A program made the position numbers and the translations under genes. 64,000 bases of DNA. It comes from Eggerthella lenta DSM 2243. GTDB taxonomy: Bacteria; Actinomycetota; Coriobacteriia; Coriobacteriales; Eggerthellaceae. Location: contig NC_013204.1 in assembly GCF_000024265.1 (NCBI RefSeq), positions 978,180-1,042,179 of the forward strand. The letters run 5' to 3'. Under the pieces are notes generated by a model that was not told the DNA's origin, did not search any database, and saw only the letters and a program-made list of their open reading frames with translations. Positions 8,552 to 17,451 of the stretch are shown one piece after another. Position 1 is the stretch's first letter. Each line of letters opens with the position of its first letter.

Positions 8552-10155
8552 GCGCCGGCATCCGCGAGGTGGTCACGTCGGAAAAGGCCGACCTGCTGAA
8601 CACCGGCACGGTGAAGGACGCGGAAGGGCAATCCGCGTCGACCTTGGCGCAAAGGGAAAGCGCCGCCACGCAACGGCAGGCGGCGGCGCGGCCCGATCCA
8701 GGCTGCGCCAAGCCCGCGGAGGGCAAGCGCGGCAAGTCTAAATGCGGCAAGGATCCCATCGACGCAGATCGGCACGCCGCAGACGTCGCCCGAAAGCCCG
8801 CCAAGCTCGAACGGGCGAAGGTCGAGGCGAAATCGGCGGCCATGTCGGCGCTCGTCGGAGAATTGGACGATTCGGAGGAGCTTTCCGACACGCAGCGCGT
8901 ATACGACGCGGCTCGTGCGGGAAAGAGGATCGCGGCGCGCGCGAAAGCCCGAAAGAGCTTAGGGCAAGAGGGCGGCAAGTCGAACGGCGCCGCAGCCCGA
9001 AGCCGTGTGCCGGGCGTGGGCGCGAAGACGGGCAACGCCATATCCGCGGGAGCTTCGGCGCAGGGCGCGCCCGCCGCGATGGCGGCCCGGCCCGACGCCC
9101 AAATCCGGCTTGCCGCAGGAGCCGCGAAATCCTCGACCGCAGCCACCGGCGCTGCCGGCGCCACAACGGCCGCGCCCGCAGCGGGGATCGTCGCCGGAAT
9201 GCTCATGTTCGTCGTGACGATGCTCGCCGTCAGCCAGATCGCCGGCGCGCTCTTCGGGTTCTGGGACAACGAGTCGAAGAAGCAGAGCCTCGCCGGCCTG
9301 CCGCCCTACATCACCTACGAGATGGTCGAGGCGGCGCTTGAGGCGCAAGAGGACTACGGACATCCCGCCGGGTGCACGATAGCCCAGATCATCGTCGAAT
9401 CGGGGCAAGGCGACCACATGAGCAGGCTCGCCACGCGCGACCACAACCTGTTCGGGATGAAATGGGCCCCTTCGTTCGCCGCGGCGCCCGAAGTCGCCGG
9501 CAAGGCGAACTGGGTCACCGGCGAGGAGGTCGACGGTGCGCACGTGACCATAACCGACTCGTTCACGGTGTTCAAATCGGACGCGGACAGCATCAAGTTC
9601 AGGAGCCGCGTGTTCCTGGCTAGCTCGACCTATTCGGGAAACGCCCTGATCGGGGAAGCTGTTTCCGAGCGGTCCTCCGACAAGATGGCGGAAGGCCTGA
9701 AAGACGCTGGCTGGGCGACCGACTCGGCCTACGTCGAGAAGCTCAAGGCCGTGATGGACCAATACGGGCTGCGCGCTTTCGACGCCATGGCGCCCGGGGA
9801 TCTGGCCAACCCCTCCGCCGGAGGCGCCTCCGTCATCGCGGCTGCGTTCTCGCAGCTCGGCGTGCCCTACGTATGGGGCGGCACCACGCCGGGCGTGGGC
9901 CTCGACTGCTCGGGGCTCACGCAATGGTGCTATCGCCAGGCTGGCATATCGATACCCCGCAATTCCGAGGACCAGGCGGCCGCGGGAACAAAGATCCCGC
10001 TTTCGATGGCGGAGCCGGGCGACGTGCTCTGGCGGCCCGGGCACGTGGCAATCTATATAGGAGACGACTCCTACATCCACGAGCCCCAGACGGGCGACGT
10101 GTGCAAGGTGTCGCAAGGAATCAGCTACTTCACCTGCGCTCTCAGGTTCAAATAA
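8548..10155 (+). CDS. Bifunctional T4SS cell-wall hydrolase: TM anchor, lysozyme-like/glucosaminidase domain and a C-terminal NlpC/P60 peptidase.
   Basis: ATGA overlap with the virB4 stop. TM helix GMLMFVVTMLAVSQIAGALFGFW. NLFGMKW..GWATDSAYVEKL (FlgJ/glucosaminidase-like). VPYVWGG..GLDCSGL..H (NlpC/P60 Cys-His). Confidence 0.85.
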   Translation: MSAGIREVVTSEKADLLNTGTVKDAEGQSASTLAQRESAATQRQAAARPDPGCAKPAEGKRGKSKCGKDPIDADRHAADVARKPAKLERAKVEAKSAAMSALVGELDDSEELSDTQRVYDAARAGKRIAARAKARKSLGQEGGKSNGAAARSRVPGVGAKTGNAISAGASAQGAPAAMAARPDAQIRLAAGAAKSSTAATGAAGATTAAPAAGIVAGMLMFVVTMLAVSQIAGALFGFWDNESKKQSLAGLPPYITYEMVEAALEAQEDYGHPAGCTIAQIIVESGQGDHMSRLATRDHNLFGMKWAPSFAAAPEVAGKANWVTGEEVDGAHVTITDSFTVFKSDADSIKFRSRVFLASSTYSGNALIGEAVSERSSDKMAEGLKDAGWATDSAYVEKLKAVMDQYGLRAFDAMAPGDLANPSAGGASVIAAAFSQLGVPYVWGGTTPGVGLDCSGLTQWCYRQAGISIPRNSEDQAAAGTKIPLSMAEPGDVLWRPGHVAIYIGDDSYIHEPQTGDVCKVSQGISYFTCALRFK

Positions 10156-10168
10156 GGAGGATGGAGAC

Positions 10169-10921
10169 ATGAACGGAAAAACAAAGATCGTGGCCGCCGT
10201 GGCGGCGGGCGCCGTCGCCTTGACGATCGGGGCAGGCGCTGCCCGCTGCGCGATGGACGCGCCCGATGCTCAAAACGGGCAGCAGGCGCCGCAAGAGCAG
10301 GCGCAGGGAAAGCAAGACGACGCGAAGGCGAGCCAATCTTCGCAGCAGGCGCCCGATGAGCGGCTGCTAAGCGAAAGCGAGTTCTCGTCGCTGGCGAACA
10401 CCTCATGGACGAGCCGCGACGGAGCCTCGAAGCTCTCGATCGCCAAGGATGCGCTCATCGAGCGCACGGCCGACTCTACAAGCGTGGTCTACTACACGGT
10501 AAGCGACGAGAAGACCGACGCTGCGGGCCTGAGCGTAACCCTGAGCGCCTCCGAAGATATCGCCGCGCCGGGCGCTGATACGGTCGTGCGCATCGAGAAC
10601 GAGGGCGCATCGACGAGGCTGACGTGCGATTTGCTCAAAGCGACCTACATCCAAGACGGCAAGGCGCAGGCCGAGCTGTCGATCGCCGGCGACATACGGG
10701 ACCTCTGCGCGCTCACCGGCAAGAACGAGGCCGACTTCGAGTCGATCCTGGAATCTTTCGCGAAGGCGCATTCGCCTTACGCAACGTCGGCTGCGTGGGA
10801 CAAAGAGGTCTGGATCGACTACGGCGCGCACAGTACTTTGACCACGTTCACGCTCGACGACGCCGCTTCGACCATCGTGACGGTGAGCGTGTCCCAAGAC
10901 GGGGCCATGGAGGCGGTGTAG
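10169..10921 (+). CDS. Secreted protein or lipoprotein, conjugation-associated.
   Basis: AAGGAGGATGGAGAC RBS. Signal peptide KIVAAVAAGAVALTIGAGAARC. Gln/Ala-rich linker. Confidence 0.5.
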   Translation: MNGKTKIVAAVAAGAVALTIGAGAARCAMDAPDAQNGQQAPQEQAQGKQDDAKASQSSQQAPDERLLSESEFSSLANTSWTSRDGASKLSIAKDALIERTADSTSVVYYTVSDEKTDAAGLSVTLSASEDIAAPGADTVVRIENEGASTRLTCDLLKATYIQDGKAQAELSIAGDIRDLCALTGKNEADFESILESFAKAHSPYATSAAWDKEVWIDYGAHSTLTTFTLDDAASTIVTVSVSQDGAMEAV

Positions 10922-10923
10922 CC

Positions 10924-11928
10924 ATGGGCGCGCACGTCGAAAGGAAGGCCATCCGAAAAGCGGCCATCTTCGCCGCGCTCTCGTTCGCGGTCTGCTGCGC
11001 GGTGTTCGTGCCGACGCAGCCCGCATGGGCGGGCATCGCCGAGGACATCAACGGTTGGCTGTGCGACATGCTGCGGGGCGTGTGCAACTGGGTGTTCGCG
11101 GCACAAGTGGACGTCCTGAAATCCATCGGCTACGACGGTATCCTCGGGGCTGGCTTCCAGAGCATGCTCGGCACGTCCGGCGACGTGTCGGTGTACGACG
11201 TGGTACGCGGCATATGGTCGGTAGCCGTGCTGCCGATCGGCTGCGGGGTGCTCTCCCTCGTGTTCACCATCAAGCTCATCCAGATATCCCAGCGCATGGA
11301 CGGAAGCGCCAGCATGCCCGGCGTCAAGGAAGTGGTCTTCCTCCTCGTCTTCTTCGCGGTGTTCCTCTTCCTCATACAGAACAGCTTCGACCTCATGACA
11401 TCGCTCTACGAGGTGGTCGGGCTCGCGATACGCAGGGCGGCGGACCTCTTCGGCACCGGCAGCCCGATGGACCTGGCGAAGGTCTCGATCGTGACCACCG
11501 ACGATGACGTCGCCGCCCTCGTGGCGATGCTCGTGGTCTCCCTCGTTAGCTGGCTCGTGGTGCTCGTCGCCTACATAGTGAGCCTCGTCGTCTGCTGGGC
11601 ACGAGCCATACAGCTCTACGTGCTGGCGATGCTCGCGCCGATCCCGCTGTCGCTCATGGCGCTCGACGAGACGCGCCAGGTGGGCGTCGGATATATCAAG
11701 AACTTCGTCTCGGTGTGCCTTGCGGGCCTTGTGATACTCGTGCTGCTCATAGCGTTCCCCCTCGTCTTGGGAGGCCTGGTGGCGGCAAACCCCGGAACCG
11801 GCACGCCGATCGACGGGATGGCCAACGGGCTCACCTACGCGCTGCAGTACCTGGCCATGTGCGTCCTGCTGGTGCTCTCGCTCGTGAAGAGCGGCTCGTG
11901 GGCAAGGGATGCCATGAGCGGCTTCTAG
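10924..11928 (+). CDS. VirB6/TrbL-like polytopic membrane protein of the T4SS.
   Basis: At least 5 hydrophobic helices, about 334 aa. Synteny within the T4SS block. Confidence 0.65.
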   Translation: MGAHVERKAIRKAAIFAALSFAVCCAVFVPTQPAWAGIAEDINGWLCDMLRGVCNWVFAAQVDVLKSIGYDGILGAGFQSMLGTSGDVSVYDVVRGIWSVAVLPIGCGVLSLVFTIKLIQISQRMDGSASMPGVKEVVFLLVFFAVFLFLIQNSFDLMTSLYEVVGLAIRRAADLFGTGSPMDLAKVSIVTTDDDVAALVAMLVVSLVSWLVVLVAYIVSLVVCWARAIQLYVLAMLAPIPLSLMALDETRQVGVGYIKNFVSVCLAGLVILVLLIAFPLVLGGLVAANPGTGTPIDGMANGLTYALQYLAMCVLLVLSLVKSGSWARDAMSGF

Positions 11929-12072
11929 CGAAACCGGGCGGACCGAAAGGAGGTGGTCGCGATGGGATGACCTGCGCCGGGCGGCCGCGGCGCTAAAAGC
12001 GGCCGCGCAATGCAAGGCCCTTCCACACCCGGCCTTGAGCCAAAAATCCAAGAACATGCAAAGGAGACAGCA

Positions 12073-12567
12073 ATGAGCGAAGACAGGAAGAACGTCTACG
12101 TCACGCTCCACAAGGACTTCGTGCGCACCGACATCGAGTACGCCGACCGCGCCACGGGCGAGACGAGGACGTTCAACTCGGTGACGCTGCCCAAAGGGAC
12201 CGTCATCGACGGAACCGACGTGGGCTACTACCAGTTCAGCCCGCTTTTCGTGAACCCCTCGCGCTTCAAGGGGGAAGGCTACCGGGACATCCCGCTGCTC
12301 GCAAACCGCGAGGTGCGGCTTTCGAAAACGGTGCTCGATAACCAAGGGAAACCCGTGATGGGCGAAGATGGAAAGCCTATGCGCGACACCGTCTACGCGA
12401 TGCCGGCGCAGATCAAGGGCGCCCTCGACGAGGCGCGAAGCCGCTACCTGCAGGCGCAGGCCAAGACGCGCGACGAGCGCACCCTGGCGCAGCGCGCGAG
12501 CGACGCCCGAAGCGGAGCATCGGAGCTCGCCAACGAACATGCCCCTTTCGACTCCCGTAACCGTTAG
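12073..12567 (+). CDS. Hypothetical protein.
   Basis: CAAAGGAGACAGCA RBS. High GC3. No recognised domain. Confidence 0.45.
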   Translation: MSEDRKNVYVTLHKDFVRTDIEYADRATGETRTFNSVTLPKGTVIDGTDVGYYQFSPLFVNPSRFKGEGYRDIPLLANREVRLSKTVLDNQGKPVMGEDGKPMRDTVYAMPAQIKGALDEARSRYLQAQAKTRDERTLAQRASDARSGASELANEHAPFDSRNR

Positions 12568-12577
12568 GAGGTGCATC

Positions 12578-15500
12578 ATGGATGAAAGCAAGGAAACAGC
12601 CCGAGGGGCGAGCCTCGAAGATGTGCGCGGGAAGCTCGCTCGCTGCCTGCTCGCCCTCTTGCTCGCAGCGTCGAGCGTTGCTGGTGCGCTATCATCGCTC
12701 GGCGCGAAGGAGGCGCACGCGGCGGAAACCGCTTACCTGAGCGTGGGCGGCAACATCCCCTATGCGGGGTTCTTCACCACGTGGATGTGGGCAGACGACC
12801 AGATGGCCTACTGCGCCCAGCCCTCCAAGGCGACGCCTTCCGAGGGCGGCTACGAGAAGGCGCCTTTGAGCACCGCGTCCGGCCGCGACGCCGAAGCCGC
12901 CGCCGACCTGTGGTTCGGATGGGGCGGCCCGGGCTTCGACTACTCCATGTGGCCCGGCGCCTGGTACGACGGCACGCCGATGAACGACGCGCGCTACGCA
13001 GCGCTCACGCACATCATCCTGTCCGACACGTACAGCTCGAGCGGCGACCAGGCCATGCATGGGTGCACCCAGGCGTTTCGCTCGTGGTGCCAGCAGAACG
13101 TGCTCGGCTTCGACGACGGCGGCTCGGTGATCAACGGCGACGCCACGGGACGCCTCATGCACTCGCGCATGGGCGAGGTCAAGCAGTCCTTCAAGGCGTT
13201 CCAGCTCTACACGGGAAGCTTCTCGCAGATGATCGTCTCGTTCAGCTACACTCCCTACGGCAGCGTCGAGCTTGAGAAGCAGTCGGGCAACGATGCCATG
13301 AGCAACGGCAACGACGCGTACTCCCTTGCGGCCGAGTACACGCTCTATTCGGACGAGGCCTGCACGCAGGCGGTGTCCGTCATGGCTTTAGACGACTCCG
13401 GCCGCGGCAGGATCGACGAGGTTGAGCCCGGCGACTACTGGCTCAAGGAGTCTAAGGCCGCACCTGGGTTCGCCATCGACGAGGCCGCCTACGCGGTGAC
13501 GGTCGAGCCCGACAAAACCGCCACCGTTGCGGCCGGGCACGTTCAGGACACGCCGCAGTCGAACGCCGTCGACGTCGTCGTGGCCAAGGCAGACGCCACC
13601 ACTGAAAAGGCACAGCCCCAGGGCGATTCCGCTCTCAGCGGCGCCGAGTTCACCGTCGAGTACTACAAGGGGATCTACTCCTCGGCCGACGAGGCCCGCG
13701 CATCGGGCTCGCCTGAGCGCACCTGGGTCCTTGCGACCGACGACGAGGGCAAGGCCCACCTGAGCAGCGATTCCAAGGTGTCCGGCGATGCGTTCTACTA
13801 CGCATCCGACGGGGCGACGCCGGTCATCCCGCTCGGCACCGTCCTCGTGACCGAAACGAAGGTGCCCTGCGGCTACAACCTCGACGACGGCCGGGGCAAC
13901 GCGCCCGAAACGCATCTTGCGAAGGTTGAGTCGGACAACGATCGCATCGAAGCCGTTTCGACCTACAACTCGCCTGTGGCGAAGGACACCGTGAAACGCG
14001 GCGACTACCGCCTCGTCAAGGAGGTGCCGGTATCGATCTACTCCGAGGGCGCAGGCGACATGCCGCAAGACGCCAAGCGCGTGCTCGTCCCCGGCGTCGA
14101 GTTCCAGCTGATCAACGACTCGACCAACCCGGTCACATCCCCTGAAACCGGCGAGGAGGTCGCGCCCGGCGGCGTCGTGTGCACCATAACGACCGACGAG
14201 AACGGGCTAGCCACCACCAAGGACGAGAACGCCGCCGCCAACGGATGGTCGAAGCCCGAGGGCTGGAGCGCCGCGCTGGCGTACGGCACCTACACCGTGC
14301 ACGAGGTCATCCCTGCAGACGTCGCCGCGAAGTTCAAGACGGAATACGGCAAGGCCCTTCTTCCCGTCGAGGACTTCAAGATCACGATTTCCGACGAAGG
14401 ACAGTACGACCCGCCGGTTCTGGTGAGCAACAAGATCCCGCAAACGCCGCTCAAGGTGGTCAAGGCCGACGCCGAAACCGGCAAGCGGATCCCGCTTGCG
14501 GCGAGCTTCGAACTGTACGACGCCTACGGTGGTCTCGTCACCTATACCCTCCACTACCCGGACGAGGAGGTCGTGAGCACGTGGACCACCAACGAGCGCG
14601 GCGAGCTCACCTTGCCGATGGCTTTGGGGGAGGGGTGTTACTTTTTGAAGGAGGTCGCAGCGCCCGAGGGCTACGTCCTTGATTCCGAGCCGGCAGCCTT
14701 TGCGGTTTCCGCCGACTACCGCGGATGGGACGACCCGATCGTCCTGACTTTCGAGGACGCGCCCCAGAAAGGCACCGTAACCGTGTCGAAGACCAACTCC
14801 GAGACGGGGTCGCCCGTCGACGGCTCCACCTATATCGTGAAGGCCGAAGGCGATGTCTCCACCCCCGACGGGATCCTGCGCTACGCAGACGGGCAGATCG
14901 TAGCGACGCTCACCACCGACGCTGAGGGACACGCGACTAGCGAACCGCTCTACCTGGGCACCTACACCGTCTACGAGGCGAAGGCCAAAGACGGCTACGC
15001 CCTCGACGTGGCCGAGAATACCGTTGCCTTGACCTACCAGGGCCAGGAGGCCTCGGTGTTCGACGAGCGAATCGACGTGGCAGACGCCCCGACCGAGTTG
15101 CGCCTGGTCAAGGTGGATTCGCTCGACGGTGAAACGCCTATCGAGGGCGCCGTTTTCCGCATCTGGAACGACGCGGGCGATTTCGATGAGACCTTGACAA
15201 CCGACGAAAGCGGCGTCATCGACCTCAAGTACCTGAAGCACGGCAGCTACCACCTGCAGGAGGTAGCCGCGGCGGAGGGCTACGTGATCAGCGACGTCGA
15301 CGAAGACGGCAACGCCAAAACCCACGATTTCGAGGTGAACGACCAGGGCATGGCCACGCTCGACGGCGATTCCATGCAAGCCAAGCTCGCCATCGTGGTC
15401 GAGAACATGCCCAAGACCATGGGCACCACCGCGGCCGACGGCGACGGCGGCACCCATGAGGGCCAGGCGCGCAGCGACATGTCGATTATCGACAGCGTCG

Positions 15501-16348
15501 CCTACACGGGATGCATCCCCGGCGAAGCCTACAAAGTAACTGGCAAGCTCATGGACAAATCCACCGGCCAGCCCGCGCTCGACGCCGAGGGCAACGAGAT
15601 CACGGCCGAGAAGGATTTCGTAGCGGAGGGTTTCGAGGGGTCGATTGACATCGAGTTCAGATTCGACGGATCCGGCCTCGCAGGCGCCTCGCTCGTTGCG
15701 TTCGAGGCGATGTACGACGCCGAAGGCAGCATCTATATGAATCATGAGGATATCGACGATGAGGGCCAGACCGTCAACGTCGTCGACATCGCAACAAAGG
15801 CCCACGATGCGGAAACCGGCACAAACCAGGGCACCGTGAGCGAATCCGCGACGCTCGTGGACGTGGTGAGCTTCGAGGGGCTGACCCCCGGCAACCGCTA
15901 CAAGCTGTTCACCATGCTGGTGGACAAGGCGACCGGCGAGCCCGTTGAGGATGCCGCCGGCAACCCGATGGTGATCGAGACGGATTTCGCGCCCGAGGCG
16001 CCCGACGGCACCGTTGAAGTCGTGTTCGAGCTCGACACCGCTGACTTGGCCGGCAAGTCCCTCGTGTTCTTCGAGAAGCTCGCCGACGACGGCGACAACG
16101 TCATCGCGAAGCACGAGGACATCGGGGACGAGGGCCAGACCATCGAGCTTCCGGAGCCTGATGCTCCCCAAAACCCCGTAGGCAAGGGATACCCCAAGAC
16201 GGGCGCCGATGCGGCCAAGGCGGCCGTTGCGGCAAGCGCGGCGGTGATCGTGGGCTGCGGTGCGGCCGGCGCGGCCTATGCCGCGGCGAAGCGCCGCAAG
16301 AAGGCCGGCGAAGGGGTTGAGGAACCGACCGCCGAACCTGTCGAGTAG
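12578..16348 (+). CDS. Large sortase-anchored surface adhesin with a signal peptide, repeated Cna-B/prealbumin-like domains and a C-terminal YPKTG sorting signal with hydrophobic helix and KRRKK tail.
   Basis: TAGGAGGTGCATC RBS. Signal peptide LLALLLAASSVAGALSSLGA. Tandem homologous segments near residues 990-1080 and 1110-1200. PKTG plus A/V/G-rich TM plus basic tail at the C-terminus. Confidence 0.8.
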   Translation: MDESKETARGASLEDVRGKLARCLLALLLAASSVAGALSSLGAKEAHAAETAYLSVGGNIPYAGFFTTWMWADDQMAYCAQPSKATPSEGGYEKAPLSTASGRDAEAAADLWFGWGGPGFDYSMWPGAWYDGTPMNDARYAALTHIILSDTYSSSGDQAMHGCTQAFRSWCQQNVLGFDDGGSVINGDATGRLMHSRMGEVKQSFKAFQLYTGSFSQMIVSFSYTPYGSVELEKQSGNDAMSNGNDAYSLAAEYTLYSDEACTQAVSVMALDDSGRGRIDEVEPGDYWLKESKAAPGFAIDEAAYAVTVEPDKTATVAAGHVQDTPQSNAVDVVVAKADATTEKAQPQGDSALSGAEFTVEYYKGIYSSADEARASGSPERTWVLATDDEGKAHLSSDSKVSGDAFYYASDGATPVIPLGTVLVTETKVPCGYNLDDGRGNAPETHLAKVESDNDRIEAVSTYNSPVAKDTVKRGDYRLVKEVPVSIYSEGAGDMPQDAKRVLVPGVEFQLINDSTNPVTSPETGEEVAPGGVVCTITTDENGLATTKDENAAANGWSKPEGWSAALAYGTYTVHEVIPADVAAKFKTEYGKALLPVEDFKITISDEGQYDPPVLVSNKIPQTPLKVVKADAETGKRIPLAASFELYDAYGGLVTYTLHYPDEEVVSTWTTNERGELTLPMALGEGCYFLKEVAAPEGYVLDSEPAAFAVSADYRGWDDPIVLTFEDAPQKGTVTVSKTNSETGSPVDGSTYIVKAEGDVSTPDGILRYADGQIVATLTTDAEGHATSEPLYLGTYTVYEAKAKDGYALDVAENTVALTYQGQEASVFDERIDVADAPTELRLVKVDSLDGETPIEGAVFRIWNDAGDFDETLTTDESGVIDLKYLKHGSYHLQEVAAAEGYVISDVDEDGNAKTHDFEVNDQGMATLDGDSMQAKLAIVVENMPKTMGTTAADGDGGTHEGQARSDMSIIDSVAYTGCIPGEAYKVTGKLMDKSTGQPALDAEGNEITAEKDFVAEGFEGSIDIEFRFDGSGLAGASLVAFEAMYDAEGSIYMNHEDIDDEGQTVNVVDIATKAHDAETGTNQGTVSESATLVDVVSFEGLTPGNRYKLFTMLVDKATGEPVEDAAGNPMVIETDFAPEAPDGTVEVVFELDTADLAGKSLVFFEKLADDGDNVIAKHEDIGDEGQTIELPEPDAPQNPVGKGYPKTGADAAKAAVAASAAVIVGCGAAGAAYAAAKRRKKAGEGVEEPTAEPVE

Positions 16349-16371
16349 TAACAGCAAATCGCTGCAAGTTC

Positions 16372-16405
16372 AGGCGGGCTTCGATCGAGGCCCGCCTTCT
16401 TTATT
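16372..16405 (+). terminator. Hairpin plus T-tract after the adhesin gene (attenuator or terminator).
   Basis: AGGCGGGC-N10-GCCCGCCT followed by TCTTTATT. Confidence 0.45.
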
Positions 16406-16418
16406 GGAAAGAGCGAGA

Positions 16419-17111
16419 ATGAAGAAACTGAAGATAGTTGCCGAAGGCCTCGGCCTGGTGCTCGCCGCAGTCGCCGTCGCCGCGCTATGCACCTGGATCG
16501 CCGCGGACGACAACGACAAGGCCGGTATCGCACAGTCGCTCGAAGGCGCCGTATCAGAGGAAAGCGAGCATGAGGAGCCCCTGGGAATCGACTGGGACAG
16601 CTTGTCCCAGGAAATCGTCGCCTGGGTGGAGGCGCCCAACACGAGCATAAGCCAGCCTGTAGCCAAGGCCGACAAGCAGAACCCGAACGCTTATCTCTTT
16701 CTCGATGCGCTCGACCAAGGCGGCTACGGCACCCCATACATCGACGCCGACTGCACGGGAGGGTCGCTCCTCGTCCCGATCTACGGGCACAACATGTCGG
16801 ACGGCGGCGTGTTCTCGGATTTTGCGAAGTACAGCGACGAATCGTTTGCCAGGGGTCATTCGAGAATCGACCTGTACACACGTGATGGCCGCTCGTACAA
16901 TCTTTCGGTCATCGCCGTCGACGTGGTGGATGCGAGATACGAAACCATGTGCCCGAGTTTCGGCGATGCGGAAGCGGTTGCGAAACAGGTCGCGAAGAGC
17001 GACGTTGTCCTGCGCAAATACGACGGCGAAAGCAAGGTATTCGCGTTCACGACCTGCTCCTATCAGGCGGCCAATTCCCGAGCCATCGTGTATGCGGTGC
17101 CGAATCGATGA
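16419..17111 (+). CDS. Sortase (class B-like transpeptidase), probably for the PKTG adhesin.
   Basis: N-terminal TM anchor. Catalytic His in IYGHNM. Cys in FAFTTCSY (TLxTC-like). Conserved Arg downstream. Confidence 0.8.
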   Translation: MKKLKIVAEGLGLVLAAVAVAALCTWIAADDNDKAGIAQSLEGAVSEESEHEEPLGIDWDSLSQEIVAWVEAPNTSISQPVAKADKQNPNAYLFLDALDQGGYGTPYIDADCTGGSLLVPIYGHNMSDGGVFSDFAKYSDESFARGHSRIDLYTRDGRSYNLSVIAVDVVDARYETMCPSFGDAEAVAKQVAKSDVVLRKYDGESKVFAFTTCSYQAANSRAIVYAVPNR

Positions 17112-17134
17112 GATAGCGGAACGCTCATCTGCGA

Positions 17135-17230
17135 ATACTCGCCCTTGAATGCTTCTTCCGGCAATTTTTATGATATCGGGCGGTATAATACTCAGAAACG
17201 CATTTGTATTGCATTTTGAGCGATAGGGGC
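17135..17230 (+). promoter_or_regulatory. AT-rich promoter region for the defence operon.
   Basis: TTGAAT-N17/18-TATGAT, and a second TATAAT in GGCGGTATAATACTC, within a low-GC intergenic stretch. Confidence 0.35.
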
Positions 17231-17234
17231 ACAG

Positions 17235-17447
17235 ATGCCGACGACGTACAAGCAACTCATAGACGCTAATCCAAGCCAAACCGAAATTCGCAGTTACCTT
17301 GTGGATGGTGACCAGGTGTCCGTTACTCTGCGCATCCCCGATACCCTGCGCGACGCGGCGAAAGAGGAGGCGGCCCTGCGGGGCATGAGCTTCTCCGCCT
17401 TCGTGCGCACCTGTATGATCGAAGAGCTTGCGAAGAAGGGGGCATAG
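17235..17447 (+). CDS. Ribbon-helix-helix (CopG/Arc-like) protein; probably an operon regulator or antitoxin-like.
   Basis: 70 aa. ..VSVTLRIPDTLRDAAKEEAALRGMSFSAFVRTCMIEEL is an RHH signature. Ends 5 nt before the helicase GTG start. Confidence 0.6.
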   Translation: MPTTYKQLIDANPSQTEIRSYLVDGDQVSVTLRIPDTLRDAAKEEAALRGMSFSAFVRTCMIEELAKKGA

Positions 17448-17451
17448 AGGC

